IMG/VR virus record: IMGVR_UViG_3300024308_000188
Coordinates: 124,001 to 188,000 of that record
Length of the DNA stretch: 64,000 nucleotides
Direction: 5' to 3' (one strand)
Position 1 is the first letter of the stretch, and every line of letters begins with the position of its first letter. Shown here one piece after another: positions 44,061-54,067 of the stretch. The notes beneath the pieces were generated by a model. That model worked only from the letters and a program-made list of their open reading frames with translations, was not told the origin of the DNA and ran no database searches. Position numbers and translations under genes: made by a program.

Positions 44061-45428
44061 GTGTCTAAGAAATTGTTTTCGCCACTAGCGGAAATGACTT
44101 TGTTAAAGACGATAACCGACACTGACGTTCCAGAAAAACAAAGAACAATGTTGCTTGCAAAAACTGATGCAAGTCTTTTTCATACACCTGCAACAAAGAA
44201 AGCTTTCTTGCGTGTGAAAAAATTGACTGAAGCAAAGCAACGTGTTCCTGTTTGGGATGATATAGTTGATGATCCTACGTTCGATGCAAAAGTCCGAGAA
44301 TTTTTAGCGGACTCAGATGCTAAGCCTGTAAAAAGTAAAATAAAGGCAAGGACTCTAATTGAGCGTTTAGATCGTTACCGCAAATTACGCGGTCTATTTG
44401 ATATGGGAAAGGATATTATTTCCTATTTCGATTTACAGGATTCTTTAGATCCTGAAGAACTTGCAGATAAGTTAGCGCTTCAACTAGCCAATAACCGTAA
44501 AGAGTTTGGAAAGCAACAAGAAATACACACGTTTGGTGTTGGTGGATCTATTCGTGCTTTGGTACGCAGAACTTTGCATAAACCAACAGAACGAATGTAC
44601 AAAACTGGTTACGCAGATTACGATAGGCGTAATGGTGGATTGCCGACAACTGGAGTTATGTTACTTGCTGGTACAACGAGCGGTGGTAAATCCGTTCTCG
44701 CATCAAACTTGGAACATAATCTAACTTCTTTAAATTCTGGACTTTCAGCTATCAAGATAACTCTTGAAATGACGGCAGAGCAAGAAACCAACAGGGTTCT
44801 TTCAATGCTTACTGGAATTCCATTATGGAAGTTCAAACAAAATAAGCTTACTAAACAGGAGAAGAAAAGAATAGAACGTGCTGCCTTAAAGCACGATAAG
44901 AAACTGAAAAAACTTGGCAGCAAATTTAGTTATTCGAGTCCTGATGGTTCAATGACGATAGATGATGTCATTAACATGGTCAAACCTTTTGGTTACAATG
45001 TTGTTATTCTCGACTACATTAGTTTGCTTGAAGGTGTTGACGATGATAACCAGTGGCGTATGCTAAGCGCTATTTGTCGTAAAGCAAAAGTTTATGCAAC
45101 AGAATTCAAAGTGTTGTTTATAATTCTTGCTCAGTTAGATAGCGATAGTAACAATCTGAGATATTCTCGTGGTATGAAAGAACACGCTGACATTGTGTGG
45201 ACTTGGAACTATAGTAAACCTGAAGTTCGTGCTACGAAGATATTACCAATCGATGTTGTTAAAGCGCGTGACGGTGAATTATTCCGTCTTGAGTTGCAAG
45301 AGACATTTGAAACAATGCGTGTTTCAAACTTACCCGGAGTTGCAGGTTCTCAATTTGGAGCAAGCGCTGCTGGCGGGTCTGACGTTGATGAAGATGATGA
45401 AGATGCTGGTCTTAATGCTTTATCGTAA
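44061..45428 (+). CDS. dnaB: DnaB-like replicative helicase
   Basis: LLAGTTSGGKS (Walker A), LEMT, VILDYISLL, ILAQL, LRYSRGMKEHAD, VVKARDGE. Confidence 0.92.
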   Translation: MSKKLFSPLAEMTLLKTITDTDVPEKQRTMLLAKTDASLFHTPATKKAFLRVKKLTEAKQRVPVWDDIVDDPTFDAKVREFLADSDAKPVKSKIKARTLIERLDRYRKLRGLFDMGKDIISYFDLQDSLDPEELADKLALQLANNRKEFGKQQEIHTFGVGGSIRALVRRTLHKPTERMYKTGYADYDRRNGGLPTTGVMLLAGTTSGGKSVLASNLEHNLTSLNSGLSAIKITLEMTAEQETNRVLSMLTGIPLWKFKQNKLTKQEKKRIERAALKHDKKLKKLGSKFSYSSPDGSMTIDDVINMVKPFGYNVVILDYISLLEGVDDDNQWRMLSAICRKAKVYATEFKVLFIILAQLDSDSNNLRYSRGMKEHADIVWTWNYSKPEVRATKILPIDVVKARDGELFRLELQETFETMRVSNLPGVAGSQFGASAAGGSDVDEDDEDAGLNALS

Positions 45429-45437
45429 ACTTAGATA

Positions 45438-45458
45438 AGAGGCACATTTTGTGCCTCT
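45438..45458 (+). terminator. hairpin or terminator after dnaB
   Basis: AGAGGCAC-atttt-GTGCCTCT. Confidence 0.6.
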
Positions 45459-45480
45459 ATTCTTTGGGGAAATAAAAAAT

Positions 45481-46290
45481 ATGTTTAGTTCACCAGAAAA
45501 TAGTCCTTATGGAGTGTTGCCAGAACATACAATACCTTTGGTTGAAATAGAAGAATCTTTGTGTGAACCTTATATTCATGGTCAAACAGTAAAAGTCAAA
45601 AAGCTTCCAAGGTTTCAACCAGTATGTCACATTATAATTCGCCCACCTGAAGCCAAACAAGTTGTTGTAGAAGAAAGTTTCGAGCAAGATTTTATTCAAC
45701 AAAAATACACAACTGTAGATCTCAGCAAACTTTCTCGCTACAAAAGAACAGCCGAACAAAAAGAAGTCATGCAGGAAGTTGACATCGAAGTTGATATTTC
45801 TCCACCTGACAATCTGATACGTTTAAAAACTGCCCATATAAAAAACTTTCCTAAAATACTTCAAACTAAATCAGGTTTGATAAAAGATGTTTTTATAAAA
45901 GAATATCTTCCTCAAATTTTAGGTATTGATGAAGCTTCTGCTTATGTAGAGGCATTCGCAAAAGACGGACTCGGCTTATCTGAATTTGAGATAAGCGTTG
46001 ATATGATTCCATATATTCATAACGCGATCAAGACTGATTTCGTTAGCCTTATCCTAAAACAATTGACTAACCTAAGTGAAGAAACCCGACAAGCTTATAT
46101 TATAGGTTATGTAACTGATGCTCTTGCATCTGCGCGTTATCTAGCTAAAAATAATCTTGCGGCTCAACAGCACAGACGTTACCAAGAAAGACTGGACAAT
46201 CCTGCCGGATATGTTGCTGGCGTTGGAATGAAAAAATCTAAGGTAATTCGTGATGGTAAAGCAGATAAAGAAAAAGAAGCCAATAGGTAA
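45481..46290 (+). CDS. hypothetical protein upstream of TerL (small terminase by position only)
   Basis: GGGGA RBS before MFSSPE; overlaps the TerL start. Confidence 0.6.
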   Translation: MFSSPENSPYGVLPEHTIPLVEIEESLCEPYIHGQTVKVKKLPRFQPVCHIIIRPPEAKQVVVEESFEQDFIQQKYTTVDLSKLSRYKRTAEQKEVMQEVDIEVDISPPDNLIRLKTAHIKNFPKILQTKSGLIKDVFIKEYLPQILGIDEASAYVEAFAKDGLGLSEFEISVDMIPYIHNAIKTDFVSLILKQLTNLSEETRQAYIIGYVTDALASARYLAKNNLAAQQHRRYQERLDNPAGYVAGVGMKKSKVIRDGKADKEKEANR

Positions 46291-49201
46291 AGCCAAAAAA
46301 CCTAGTGCAATTAAACCATTAGATGATTTATTCAATTTGTTGGGTGAAGATGACGATGAAAGCGTCACAATAGTACATGACGACGATGACGACGATGATG
46401 GCCATCATTTTAAGCATGATTTAGAAGATGGCCATGAAGTCTTAGATCTCGAACAACTTATATATGATGAACTGGATAATGCTAGGCCGATCTCTAAAGA
46501 TTTGCGTATAGACGACAGTTCTATGCCGATAGCAAAAAACTTCTTACAGTTTGCTAATGATGAAAGTTTTCTTAGTTCCACGCCTTATCTCGAACAGGCC
46601 ATAATAGGTATCAAACTTTTTGCTGAGTATTGTCCAAGACCTGAATGTTCTGATTTAAAATGGTTTTCTGATGATGGACATTCGGCAGATGAACCATTAG
46701 CAACACTTTCCAGAAAAGTGTCTCTTTTACATCATGGTGTTTGTCCAAAGTGTGGCGCACGTAAATCCGAACTTATTGCAAGTGGTGAACTAAATTTCTA
46801 TAACGAACTTGTAGTTGTTGCTGGACAGCGTTGTGTTACTGGCGATACTCATATTTTCACTGGAAAAGGTATTGAAAGAATTGGAGATCTTGTTCCGCGC
46901 AATGCTAAACAAGGTTACAATGATTTTAAATATCCTGTATTCAACGGTGAAAAGCTTGAGACAACAAAAGAATTTTATATAACGAAAGCCGAACACGTTT
47001 ACACACTACAGCTGGATAATGGATCTACTTTAAGTGGAACTCTTGACCATCCTGTTCGTGTTGAAAAGTTTGGTTATCGTGCTTTGCACCAAATAAAAGC
47101 TGGTGAGCAAGTTGTTGTACAAACCGGACAAAATTGTTGGGGAAATTTAAACTGCCCTTATACAGTTGATGAATTACGCTCTATAGGATCTGATATTACA
47201 AATCGACTAGACTTGTTGGTTGATACAGTAGCTGGTAAAGGCTTACATCCAGATCTTTTAAAATACAGTATGAAAAATTGTCGAGAATTTCTACGTGGAG
47301 TATTCGACAACAACACAACGCAATATCCTGTTGCTTACCACCAATTAGTAAAAGATGTTTATGCCTTGCTGCTAAACATTGGCATTCTGCCTACAATTCA
47401 AAATACCTCAGAAACAATCTCCATTTCTATCTCAAACGAAAACCGAAATATATTATTTGATGATCACAGATCCGTCAAAAGAAATCGGCATCTTTTATCC
47501 GTTGTTAGCTGCGGAGTTACAGATAGAACTGAAGTCATGTACGATGTTACAATGCCTATCACACAACATTTTATTACCAATGGCATTGATTCACATAACA
47601 GCGGCAAGTCTGCGGTTGTTACCATGATAAGTGCTTATATAGTGCATTTGTTTTTGATGTGTGGTAAGCCCACTGAACTTTTCAATATTCGTAATAACGA
47701 AATATTGCATGGAACTTTCCTTGCGCTTACACTTGGACAAGCAACACAAAACTTATGGGAACCTTTTCTCGGTTACATAAATAATAGTCCTTGGTTTAAA
47801 GCTTATCACTTAATGCTTCGTCGTTATGAAAAGAAATACGGAGAAGTTCTACTAAAGCTAAAAGATACCTTTATTGATTATCGTCATAGAAACCTTAAAC
47901 TTTATCCGGCAACTCCAGACAAACGTGTACTTCGTGGTCGTACTCGTATACTCGGAGCCCTGGATGAACTTGGGTGGTTTGATTCTAATCGTGATAGTAA
48001 AAAAGTTAAGGATAACGCGCACGAAGTTTATAAAGCAATGTCAAACAGTTTGGCTACTGCCAGACAAAGTGAAAAGCGTTTAGTCGAACAAGGCTTTGAT
48101 CAATTCATGTTAACCGGATATATGTTGAACGTAAGTTCTCCAAATAATATCCGTGACAAAATCATGGAACTTTATAAACAAAGTTTGGGCAGTCGTAAGA
48201 TGCTTGGCCTTCATCGTCCAACATGGAAAATGAATCCACATATTCCATTTGATGGTGAATTGATACGTGAAGAATATCGTAAAGATCCTATTGGAGCTGC
48301 ACGAGACTTTGGAGCCGAGCCAAGTTTATCAAGTAATCCGTTTATGAGTAATCACAGATTACTTGAAGAGACTGTTAGAACTAGCGGTAAAAATTGGGTT
48401 AAATATGCGCTCAAAACTATTCGTATCAGTCGAGACGAAAAGCACAGAACCGTTGAGTTACTTAACGTCAAACAAAATGGCTCTAGGAGTGTTATGGCTA
48501 TTGATGCTGGATTCTCTAACAACTGTTTTGCCATAGTCTGTGGATCTTTGCATGATGGTATTCCTCACATGGATTGCCTTTTAGAAATAAATGCTCTTCC
48601 TGGTATTCCAATAAGTTTCACTTCTGTTTTTGCAGATGCTGTACTTCCACTTATTGAACAGCGCAATTGCAGTATTCTTTTGGCAGACCGTTGGAATAGT
48701 ATCAAGTTATTGCAAGATGCTCAAGCCACCTATGATAGTTTAAAAGTGTCAGGTCAATATAGCTTACGCTACAACGATATGTACGAAGTTAAAACAGCTA
48801 TTGAAATGGGTCAATTCAAAATACCAAACATTGAAGATCCTAGCATTAAAAATATCCTTGCTAGTAACCTCGATGATTATCCAGCGTGTTTTGAAGGTAG
48901 ACCTGTACATCATTTGCTGCTGCAACTTGCAACCGTTGTTGATGTTGGTAAGAAATCTGTTGAAAAAGGAAATGGATTCACCGATGATCTTTGGAGAGCA
49001 GCCGCGCTTTGTTATTTTGGTTTAACTAATCCAGATTATCAAGAGCATTTGGTTGGTGAGGTTGAAAGTAAAAAAGTTCAACCACCGTTAGCCCTGTTGA
49101 AGAAACTCACGGGCGGAATGAATGCGCTTACTGTTACAACCGGAAACAAAACGTATTCGGGTTCGACAAAATTCATCGGTGTAAAACGAACAGGAAAATA
49201 A
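46250..49201 (+). CDS. terL: terminase large subunit, intein-containing
   Basis: Walker A VAGQR/SGKS split by the intein; LRGRT, Walker B GALDELGWF, motif III NVSSP; nuclease AIDAG...FTDDLWRA. Confidence 0.9.
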   Translation: MMVKQIKKKKPIGKAKKPSAIKPLDDLFNLLGEDDDESVTIVHDDDDDDDGHHFKHDLEDGHEVLDLEQLIYDELDNARPISKDLRIDDSSMPIAKNFLQFANDESFLSSTPYLEQAIIGIKLFAEYCPRPECSDLKWFSDDGHSADEPLATLSRKVSLLHHGVCPKCGARKSELIASGELNFYNELVVVAGQRCVTGDTHIFTGKGIERIGDLVPRNAKQGYNDFKYPVFNGEKLETTKEFYITKAEHVYTLQLDNGSTLSGTLDHPVRVEKFGYRALHQIKAGEQVVVQTGQNCWGNLNCPYTVDELRSIGSDITNRLDLLVDTVAGKGLHPDLLKYSMKNCREFLRGVFDNNTTQYPVAYHQLVKDVYALLLNIGILPTIQNTSETISISISNENRNILFDDHRSVKRNRHLLSVVSCGVTDRTEVMYDVTMPITQHFITNGIDSHNSGKSAVVTMISAYIVHLFLMCGKPTELFNIRNNEILHGTFLALTLGQATQNLWEPFLGYINNSPWFKAYHLMLRRYEKKYGEVLLKLKDTFIDYRHRNLKLYPATPDKRVLRGRTRILGALDELGWFDSNRDSKKVKDNAHEVYKAMSNSLATARQSEKRLVEQGFDQFMLTGYMLNVSSPNNIRDKIMELYKQSLGSRKMLGLHRPTWKMNPHIPFDGELIREEYRKDPIGAARDFGAEPSLSSNPFMSNHRLLEETVRTSGKNWVKYALKTIRISRDEKHRTVELLNVKQNGSRSVMAIDAGFSNNCFAIVCGSLHDGIPHMDCLLEINALPGIPISFTSVFADAVLPLIEQRNCSILLADRWNSIKLLQDAQATYDSLKVSGQYSLRYNDMYEVKTAIEMGQFKIPNIEDPSIKNILASNLDDYPACFEGRPVHHLLLQLATVVDVGKKSVEKGNGFTDDLWRAAALCYFGLTNPDYQEHLVGEVESKKVQPPLALLKKLTGGMNALTVTTGNKTYSGSTKFIGVKRTGK
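46832..47599 (+). mobile_element. intein (256 aa) in the TerL Walker A motif, with a degenerate LAGLIDADG remnant
   Basis: Starts CVTGDTHIFT; block B GTLDHPV; block E-like EFLRGVFD; ends YDVTM..HFITNGIDSHN, +1 Ser. Confidence 0.92.
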
Positions 49202-49243
49202 ATTGATTAGGGGATAAACTTTATCCCCTATCAGGAGAAACCT

Positions 49244-49927
49244 ATGTCAAATCAATATGTCTATAGTGCTAAGCAGCACTCAGACTTTCTGCAAAAACAT
49301 AATGTACTTAAAGCCGCAAATTTTCTTGAGTTTGTCTCTGCCCCTCAGTTTTTAGGGCAATCTGTTATTTGGGAAAAGATGTCTACTGCAAGTGTAATGG
49401 ACTACGCACACAAAATTACATTTTTTCAAAATAGTGTAATGGGTGATGTTAACTATTATGAAGCATTATTTTTATATGCGATACATACTCAAATAACAAC
49501 ACTCAATTTTCACGAACACAACGCACAACCTAAACACCTTTATTTGTGTCGTACTGAACGTGCATATATGTTCAATCGATTCAAAGATATTTTCCGAGAT
49601 AGTCCTTGGTTCTCAAATTTACTTAAATCATTGGCTGAATACAATAGCAATTCTTTTAAAGCCCTAACAATTAAAGACTGTGACATGGAATTCTCTTTGT
49701 GTGGGAATTTAGTTATTCGATTTGTTGGAGCTATTAACACAGATAATGATCTAAGATTGATGCGCGGTAAATTCATTGTAGGTATTCTGAACTTCCAAAG
49801 TTCGCTATTTCCTAGTGTGAAATTGCCTTATGAAAAACCTCGCCTTATCTATGATAAGTTTTTGTCCGAAAATGTAGATCCTGCTGATTTGCCGTATTTG
49901 CCATACATAAACGCTTGTTTAGAATAA
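49244..49927 (+). CDS. degenerate paralogue of the TerL ATPase domain
   Basis: ANFLEFVSAPQFL, FRDSPWFSNLL and DLRLMRGKFIVGIL align with TerL KNFLQFANDESFL, INNSPWFKAYH and DKRVLRGRTRILGAL; no Walker A. Confidence 0.6.
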   Translation: MSNQYVYSAKQHSDFLQKHNVLKAANFLEFVSAPQFLGQSVIWEKMSTASVMDYAHKITFFQNSVMGDVNYYEALFLYAIHTQITTLNFHEHNAQPKHLYLCRTERAYMFNRFKDIFRDSPWFSNLLKSLAEYNSNSFKALTIKDCDMEFSLCGNLVIRFVGAINTDNDLRLMRGKFIVGILNFQSSLFPSVKLPYEKPRLIYDKFLSENVDPADLPYLPYINACLE

Positions 49928-49950
49928 GTAGGGTACATGCTCTAATTCGA

Positions 49951-49963
49951 TAATTTAAGGGTA
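49951..49963 (+). promoter_or_regulatory. TAATTTAAGGGTA motif (second copy on the minus strand at 3569-3581)
   Basis: Identical 13-mer just before the RBS of two unrelated small genes. Confidence 0.45.
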
Positions 49964-49983
49964 TAAACACAAGGAAACTGATC

Positions 49984-50220
49984 ATGAACCAAACTCAAAG
50001 AAAAAAGCCTTTAGATCCATTCGCACTTGTTAAACAGCAAAAGCTTTCAAGTGAAAGTAGTGCGATTAAGAGTGAAAGTAGTGTAGATAACACTCGTGCT
50101 GGTGTGTGTCCAAAGTGTGGTGTTCCTATGGATATAGTTAAAGCTAACACACATAGCATGAGCACAGTGGATGCTTATATGTGCGCTCCATGTTGCGTGG
50201 TTACACCTATTCCTGCGTAA
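49984..50220 (+). CDS. small zinc-ribbon protein
   Basis: GVCPKCG...YMCAPCC; AAGGA RBS. Confidence 0.75.
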   Translation: MNQTQRKKPLDPFALVKQQKLSSESSAIKSESSVDNTRAGVCPKCGVPMDIVKANTHSMSTVDAYMCAPCCVVTPIPA

Positions 50221-50232
50221 CATCCACTAAAT

Positions 50233-50240
50233 CTGTAAAT
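50233..50240 (+). promoter_or_regulatory. CTGTAAAT candidate promoter upstream of the portal
   Basis: Intergenic, within the palindrome ATCTGTAA/TTACAGAT. Confidence 0.5.
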
Positions 50241-50266
50241 ACAATTACAGATATGGAGAATACATA

Positions 50267-52201
50267 ATGTTCAGTTTTAAGAAAACAATTCCTTCCACTT
50301 CTCGAAGTCGAGATCAAGAAGGGTTAGGTACGTCATCTAAAGATCGTGTTAGTGTTCGCAAAGCTGCTGAGGCAGAACAAAAGAAAACACGATCCGAACA
50401 ACAAGGCTTCAGATCTGAAAGTAACGCTTCAGCTGGCGCACGTATGAGTAGTTTAGACGTAAACTTAGATACCTCTTTATTGTTAGAAGGTATGGACAGT
50501 GATTTAAAAGATCAGCAACTGTTCAGAGTTTATCGTGATATGTACTGGCACGATCCTGTTTGTGGATCTTGTGCAGATTTATACTCAACACTTCCTTTTT
50601 CTGAATTTAGTTTGGCCGGAGCTTCGGACAAATATTTAGATCAATACAGAGAAGTAGTTGAACTCTTGAATCTGCGTACAGCAATGCCTCGTATTAGTAT
50701 TGACCATCAAGTTACTGGCGCATTCACTGCAACTATTTTGTACAACAGCCAGAAAAAGCAATTCATTGATTTGATGTGTCACAAATATGAAAACCTTACC
50801 GTACACTCTTTGCCATTATTTGGTCAAGATCCAATAATGTACTTGCAGCTTGATGCTGATATGAAACGTACTTTGGGTTTGCCTTCAAAACGCATAGAGC
50901 AAATACGTCAAAGTCTTGGTATAGAATTTTTTAACAAACTACTCAACGATCAAATTGAATTAGATCCAGTAGGTACTTTGTATGTTCCACGTAAAACTTT
51001 CTCTTATGGTGAAGGTGTTAGTTACTTTAAACGAGTGCTTCCACTTTGGTTGATTGAGAAAAATTTATATCGCGGAACACTGATTGAAAGTGGACGTAGA
51101 CAACGAGCCATACTTCACTTAATGTTAGGTGAAGAAGGTTGGGAACCTACACCACAAGATTACGAACAAGCAACTGATTTATTTCTTGATGCTGATGCTG
51201 ATCCTATAGGTGCTGTTGTCGCAACACGTTTAGGTATTAGCGTTAGCGAGTTAAGACCAGGTGGTGACTTTTGGAAAGTTACTGACATTTGGGATCAAAC
51301 AACTCCAGCAAAAATGAGAGCGCTTGGAATAAGTGAAGCTTTCTTGAGTGGTGACGCAAGTTATCAAACAATGGAAGGCTCAATGACTGTTTTCACTGAA
51401 ACAATGAGAGCATATCGTGATATGCAAACTCGTTGCATTTTCTACGATAAAGTATTTCCGTTAGTTTCTATGATGCACGGTAATACAATTCGTAAAGGTA
51501 AGATTGTTAAACGTGAAGGCTTGATGTCTGGAACTACAGAAGAACGCTTACGTTTAATGCAAGATGGTTCAAAACTTTTAATTCCAAATGTACATTGGGC
51601 AAAAAGTTTAAAGCCTGAGCAAGATCAATCTTATATGGAAATTCTTGATCGTATGACTGCTGCTGGAATTCCAGTTCCAATACGAATGATGGCTGCTGCT
51701 GGTGGATTTAACTTGGATCAGCTGTTATTAAATCAAGATGAAGATTTTGCTATTCAACGTCAACTTCTTGATTACAAAAAACGTGTTGCCGATATGACCG
51801 CTAAATATGCTGCTGCCGAAGGCGGTGGCGCTGAAGGCGGTGGCGGAGGAATGGGATCTTTCAGTTCTTCAAGTTCTGATCGTTATTTCAATCCAGATCG
51901 TTATCTCGATAAAGTAACTGCACAGCCACGGGGATTCAGTAATATTCTTGGAGGTGCTTCGCAAAATCTTTTACGTCACGATTTTGGTGAAGGAAGCGAG
52001 TTATATACTCACGATCATAGCGGTAAGAAAAAGCATGTATTTAATCAGACTGCGAAAAACAAGATGATCAATGCCAAAATTACAAAAGCCTTAGTTGCTA
52101 TGAGTAAGAGTGGTAATGCACCATTGTTAACGCACGAAACAACGACAAATTTAAAGCCAACGCAAAGAGAAATGCAACGGCTTCTTGGAGTAGTTAAATG
52201 A
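50267..52201 (+). CDS. probable portal protein
   Basis: 644 aa near TerL; RDMYWHDPVCGSCADLYSTLPFSEF resembles the portal wing helix; Gly/Ser-rich C-terminal tail. Confidence 0.62.
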   Translation: MFSFKKTIPSTSRSRDQEGLGTSSKDRVSVRKAAEAEQKKTRSEQQGFRSESNASAGARMSSLDVNLDTSLLLEGMDSDLKDQQLFRVYRDMYWHDPVCGSCADLYSTLPFSEFSLAGASDKYLDQYREVVELLNLRTAMPRISIDHQVTGAFTATILYNSQKKQFIDLMCHKYENLTVHSLPLFGQDPIMYLQLDADMKRTLGLPSKRIEQIRQSLGIEFFNKLLNDQIELDPVGTLYVPRKTFSYGEGVSYFKRVLPLWLIEKNLYRGTLIESGRRQRAILHLMLGEEGWEPTPQDYEQATDLFLDADADPIGAVVATRLGISVSELRPGGDFWKVTDIWDQTTPAKMRALGISEAFLSGDASYQTMEGSMTVFTETMRAYRDMQTRCIFYDKVFPLVSMMHGNTIRKGKIVKREGLMSGTTEERLRLMQDGSKLLIPNVHWAKSLKPEQDQSYMEILDRMTAAGIPVPIRMMAAAGGFNLDQLLLNQDEDFAIQRQLLDYKKRVADMTAKYAAAEGGGAEGGGGGMGSFSSSSSDRYFNPDRYLDKVTAQPRGFSNILGGASQNLLRHDFGEGSELYTHDHSGKKKHVFNQTAKNKMINAKITKALVAMSKSGNAPLLTHETTTNLKPTQREMQRLLGVVK

Positions 52202-52983
52202 AGTTAGTCCGTGACCTTTTTTATAAAGGAACTGCGGCAATATCTGACTGGCTTGTATTCCACCGATTCATTCGTCAGCCATTATCTTTCTTTGAGGATA
52301 ATCTGAGGAAAGGAATTTTGTCTGAAGTAAAAGCAATTGAAGATATTCTCTTTGCTTTTACTTCAGAACATTCCGCTTGGTTTACAGACAGACACTTCAA
52401 TCAATACGGTGCATTTATGTGCCGTGATTTGATAAACAAAGAACTTTTCGATATAAATGATTATGTAGCTACGGATCTATATGATGCTGTGGCGCGGTCA
52501 TCCATCAAAAGTAATTTTTCAGTTGAAGTGCAAAAGATGGTTGCTGAGCTTTCTAAGAAATTTTCAGAAGATCCTCGTTTCCAAAACACAACAACTGAAA
52601 CTTATTTGAATTTATTTCACAGAACGCTACCTTTATTGTTTTTGAGATTTTTTGCACCAAAAGATTTGGTGAATTTCTCTAACAATTTCTTATATGCTAT
52701 CGCAGCATTAGTAGCGTTTGATCGTAAAGGCTACTCAGAGTTTACCTCACCTGAAGCCATAAAAACAAAAACCTTTCTTGAGGATTTTTTGTTTGAAGTT
52801 GTCAACGATAGCTTTCACATATACAGCTACAATTTTTATATGGTTGTGCGTCGTATGTTTCCTGAAAGAATGTCTAACAGAATGGCAACCGTGCAATTCA
52901 AATTCAAATCCCTTCAAAGTGATAATTACATATATGCGCCAAAACGCATGGTTAGTGATGTTGCCCTGTTCAGGAGAAAATGA
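52198..52983 (+). CDS. hypothetical protein
   Basis: ATGA overlap; 261 aa. Confidence 0.75.
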   Translation: MKLVRDLFYKGTAAISDWLVFHRFIRQPLSFFEDNLRKGILSEVKAIEDILFAFTSEHSAWFTDRHFNQYGAFMCRDLINKELFDINDYVATDLYDAVARSSIKSNFSVEVQKMVAELSKKFSEDPRFQNTTTETYLNLFHRTLPLLFLRFFAPKDLVNFSNNFLYAIAALVAFDRKGYSEFTSPEAIKTKTFLEDFLFEVVNDSFHIYSYNFYMVVRRMFPERMSNRMATVQFKFKSLQSDNYIYAPKRMVSDVALFRRK

Positions 52984-53363
52984 TGGAACTTTCTTGGTCA
53001 GAATTTCTGAAGAAATTTGAGGAAAAAGAATCTGGATCGAACATACGCTTGCTTATTCAAGATGTGAATTTACCTGCGTTTTGTGTTGGGATTATTTTTA
53101 GAAGCAATCAAGGAGTGCTAGAACCTATTGTTAGATTCTTCACTACAAAAGACGCGACTGATGCACTACAAGCAAATGCCGAGAATCTCGTTTCTTTAAA
53201 TTCGTGCTATGTAATTCCACACGTTCTTTACTATCCGGCTGGTTTGCTGGTTAATCGTGTAATGGCTTGGATGTCAGGATCTACAACTCTTGCTGGTGTT
53301 CCGTTTAATTCAATGCAATACAAAACAACATTGACATACAGGGATCATAAACAAGATGAATAA
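52980..53363 (+). CDS. hypothetical protein
   Basis: AGGAG RBS; overlap. Confidence 0.72.
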   Translation: MMELSWSEFLKKFEEKESGSNIRLLIQDVNLPAFCVGIIFRSNQGVLEPIVRFFTTKDATDALQANAENLVSLNSCYVIPHVLYYPAGLLVNRVMAWMSGSTTLAGVPFNSMQYKTTLTYRDHKQDE

Positions 53364-53625
53364 TGAAGAGTTAAATGCCGCTTGGTCAGAACTTACAAAA
53401 CAGCCTGTTAAAGCTTGGGCAGAAGATCAGGTTAAACTTGATTTAAGCTTTATAACCGATCTTGAGTTGCAAGTTAAGATTGCAACAAGCTTTAGCGGAT
53501 CTGTTTCTGAACAATTTTATAAGTTGCCTTCTAGTCAACAAGATGCTTACTTGTTTTATTTTATGATGGCAACCATACCGAACAAACTGCTTATGCAAGC
53601 AGTTTTATCTCAACTTAAAAAGTAA
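53356..53625 (+). CDS. hypothetical protein
   Basis: Overlap; 89 aa. Confidence 0.7.
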   Translation: MNNEELNAAWSELTKQPVKAWAEDQVKLDLSFITDLELQVKIATSFSGSVSEQFYKLPSSQQDAYLFYFMMATIPNKLLMQAVLSQLKK

Positions 53626-53633
53626 AGGAAGTA

Positions 53634-54011
53634 ATGATGGAAACTTTGTTTGATTTTTCTCAGGTTGATTTGAGTTCTGCCCCTGCACTGGTTATATTAC
53701 CTGTTGGAAATTTCAATGGGGAAGATCTGGAAACCTTAAAACGCTTTGAACAAGAGTACGATAAATACGTAAATCTTGGTGAGATCGTTAACTACGAAAC
53801 AGCTGAAATTTTAGTGGATGCTTTTGGTGAATTTCAGGAAGAAAACGAATTGTATGTTGGTGACGAATCTTCAGCTGAAGAAGATGGTGTTGAAAACATT
53901 GCAATGATTTCAGGCGTTACGTTATTAGCGCTTGGTACTCGTCAAACCATTTTGATTACAATCATACCGTCCTTTGAAGATGCTGAATCTGAAGAAGATG
54001 ACTTTGAATAA
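53634..54011 (+). CDS. hypothetical acidic protein
   Basis: AAGGA RBS; 125 aa. Confidence 0.75.
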   Translation: MMETLFDFSQVDLSSAPALVILPVGNFNGEDLETLKRFEQEYDKYVNLGEIVNYETAEILVDAFGEFQEENELYVGDESSAEEDGVENIAMISGVTLLALGTRQTILITIIPSFEDAESEEDDFE

Positions 54012-54025
54012 CAGTTAACCCAAGG

Positions 54026-54052
54026 AAGGGCGGCCCAGTGTCGCCCTTTTTT
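54026..54052 (+). terminator. intrinsic terminator
   Basis: AAGGGCGGC-ccagt-GTCGCCCTT-TTTT. Confidence 0.8.
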
Positions 54053-54067
54053 ATTAGGAATTTCATT

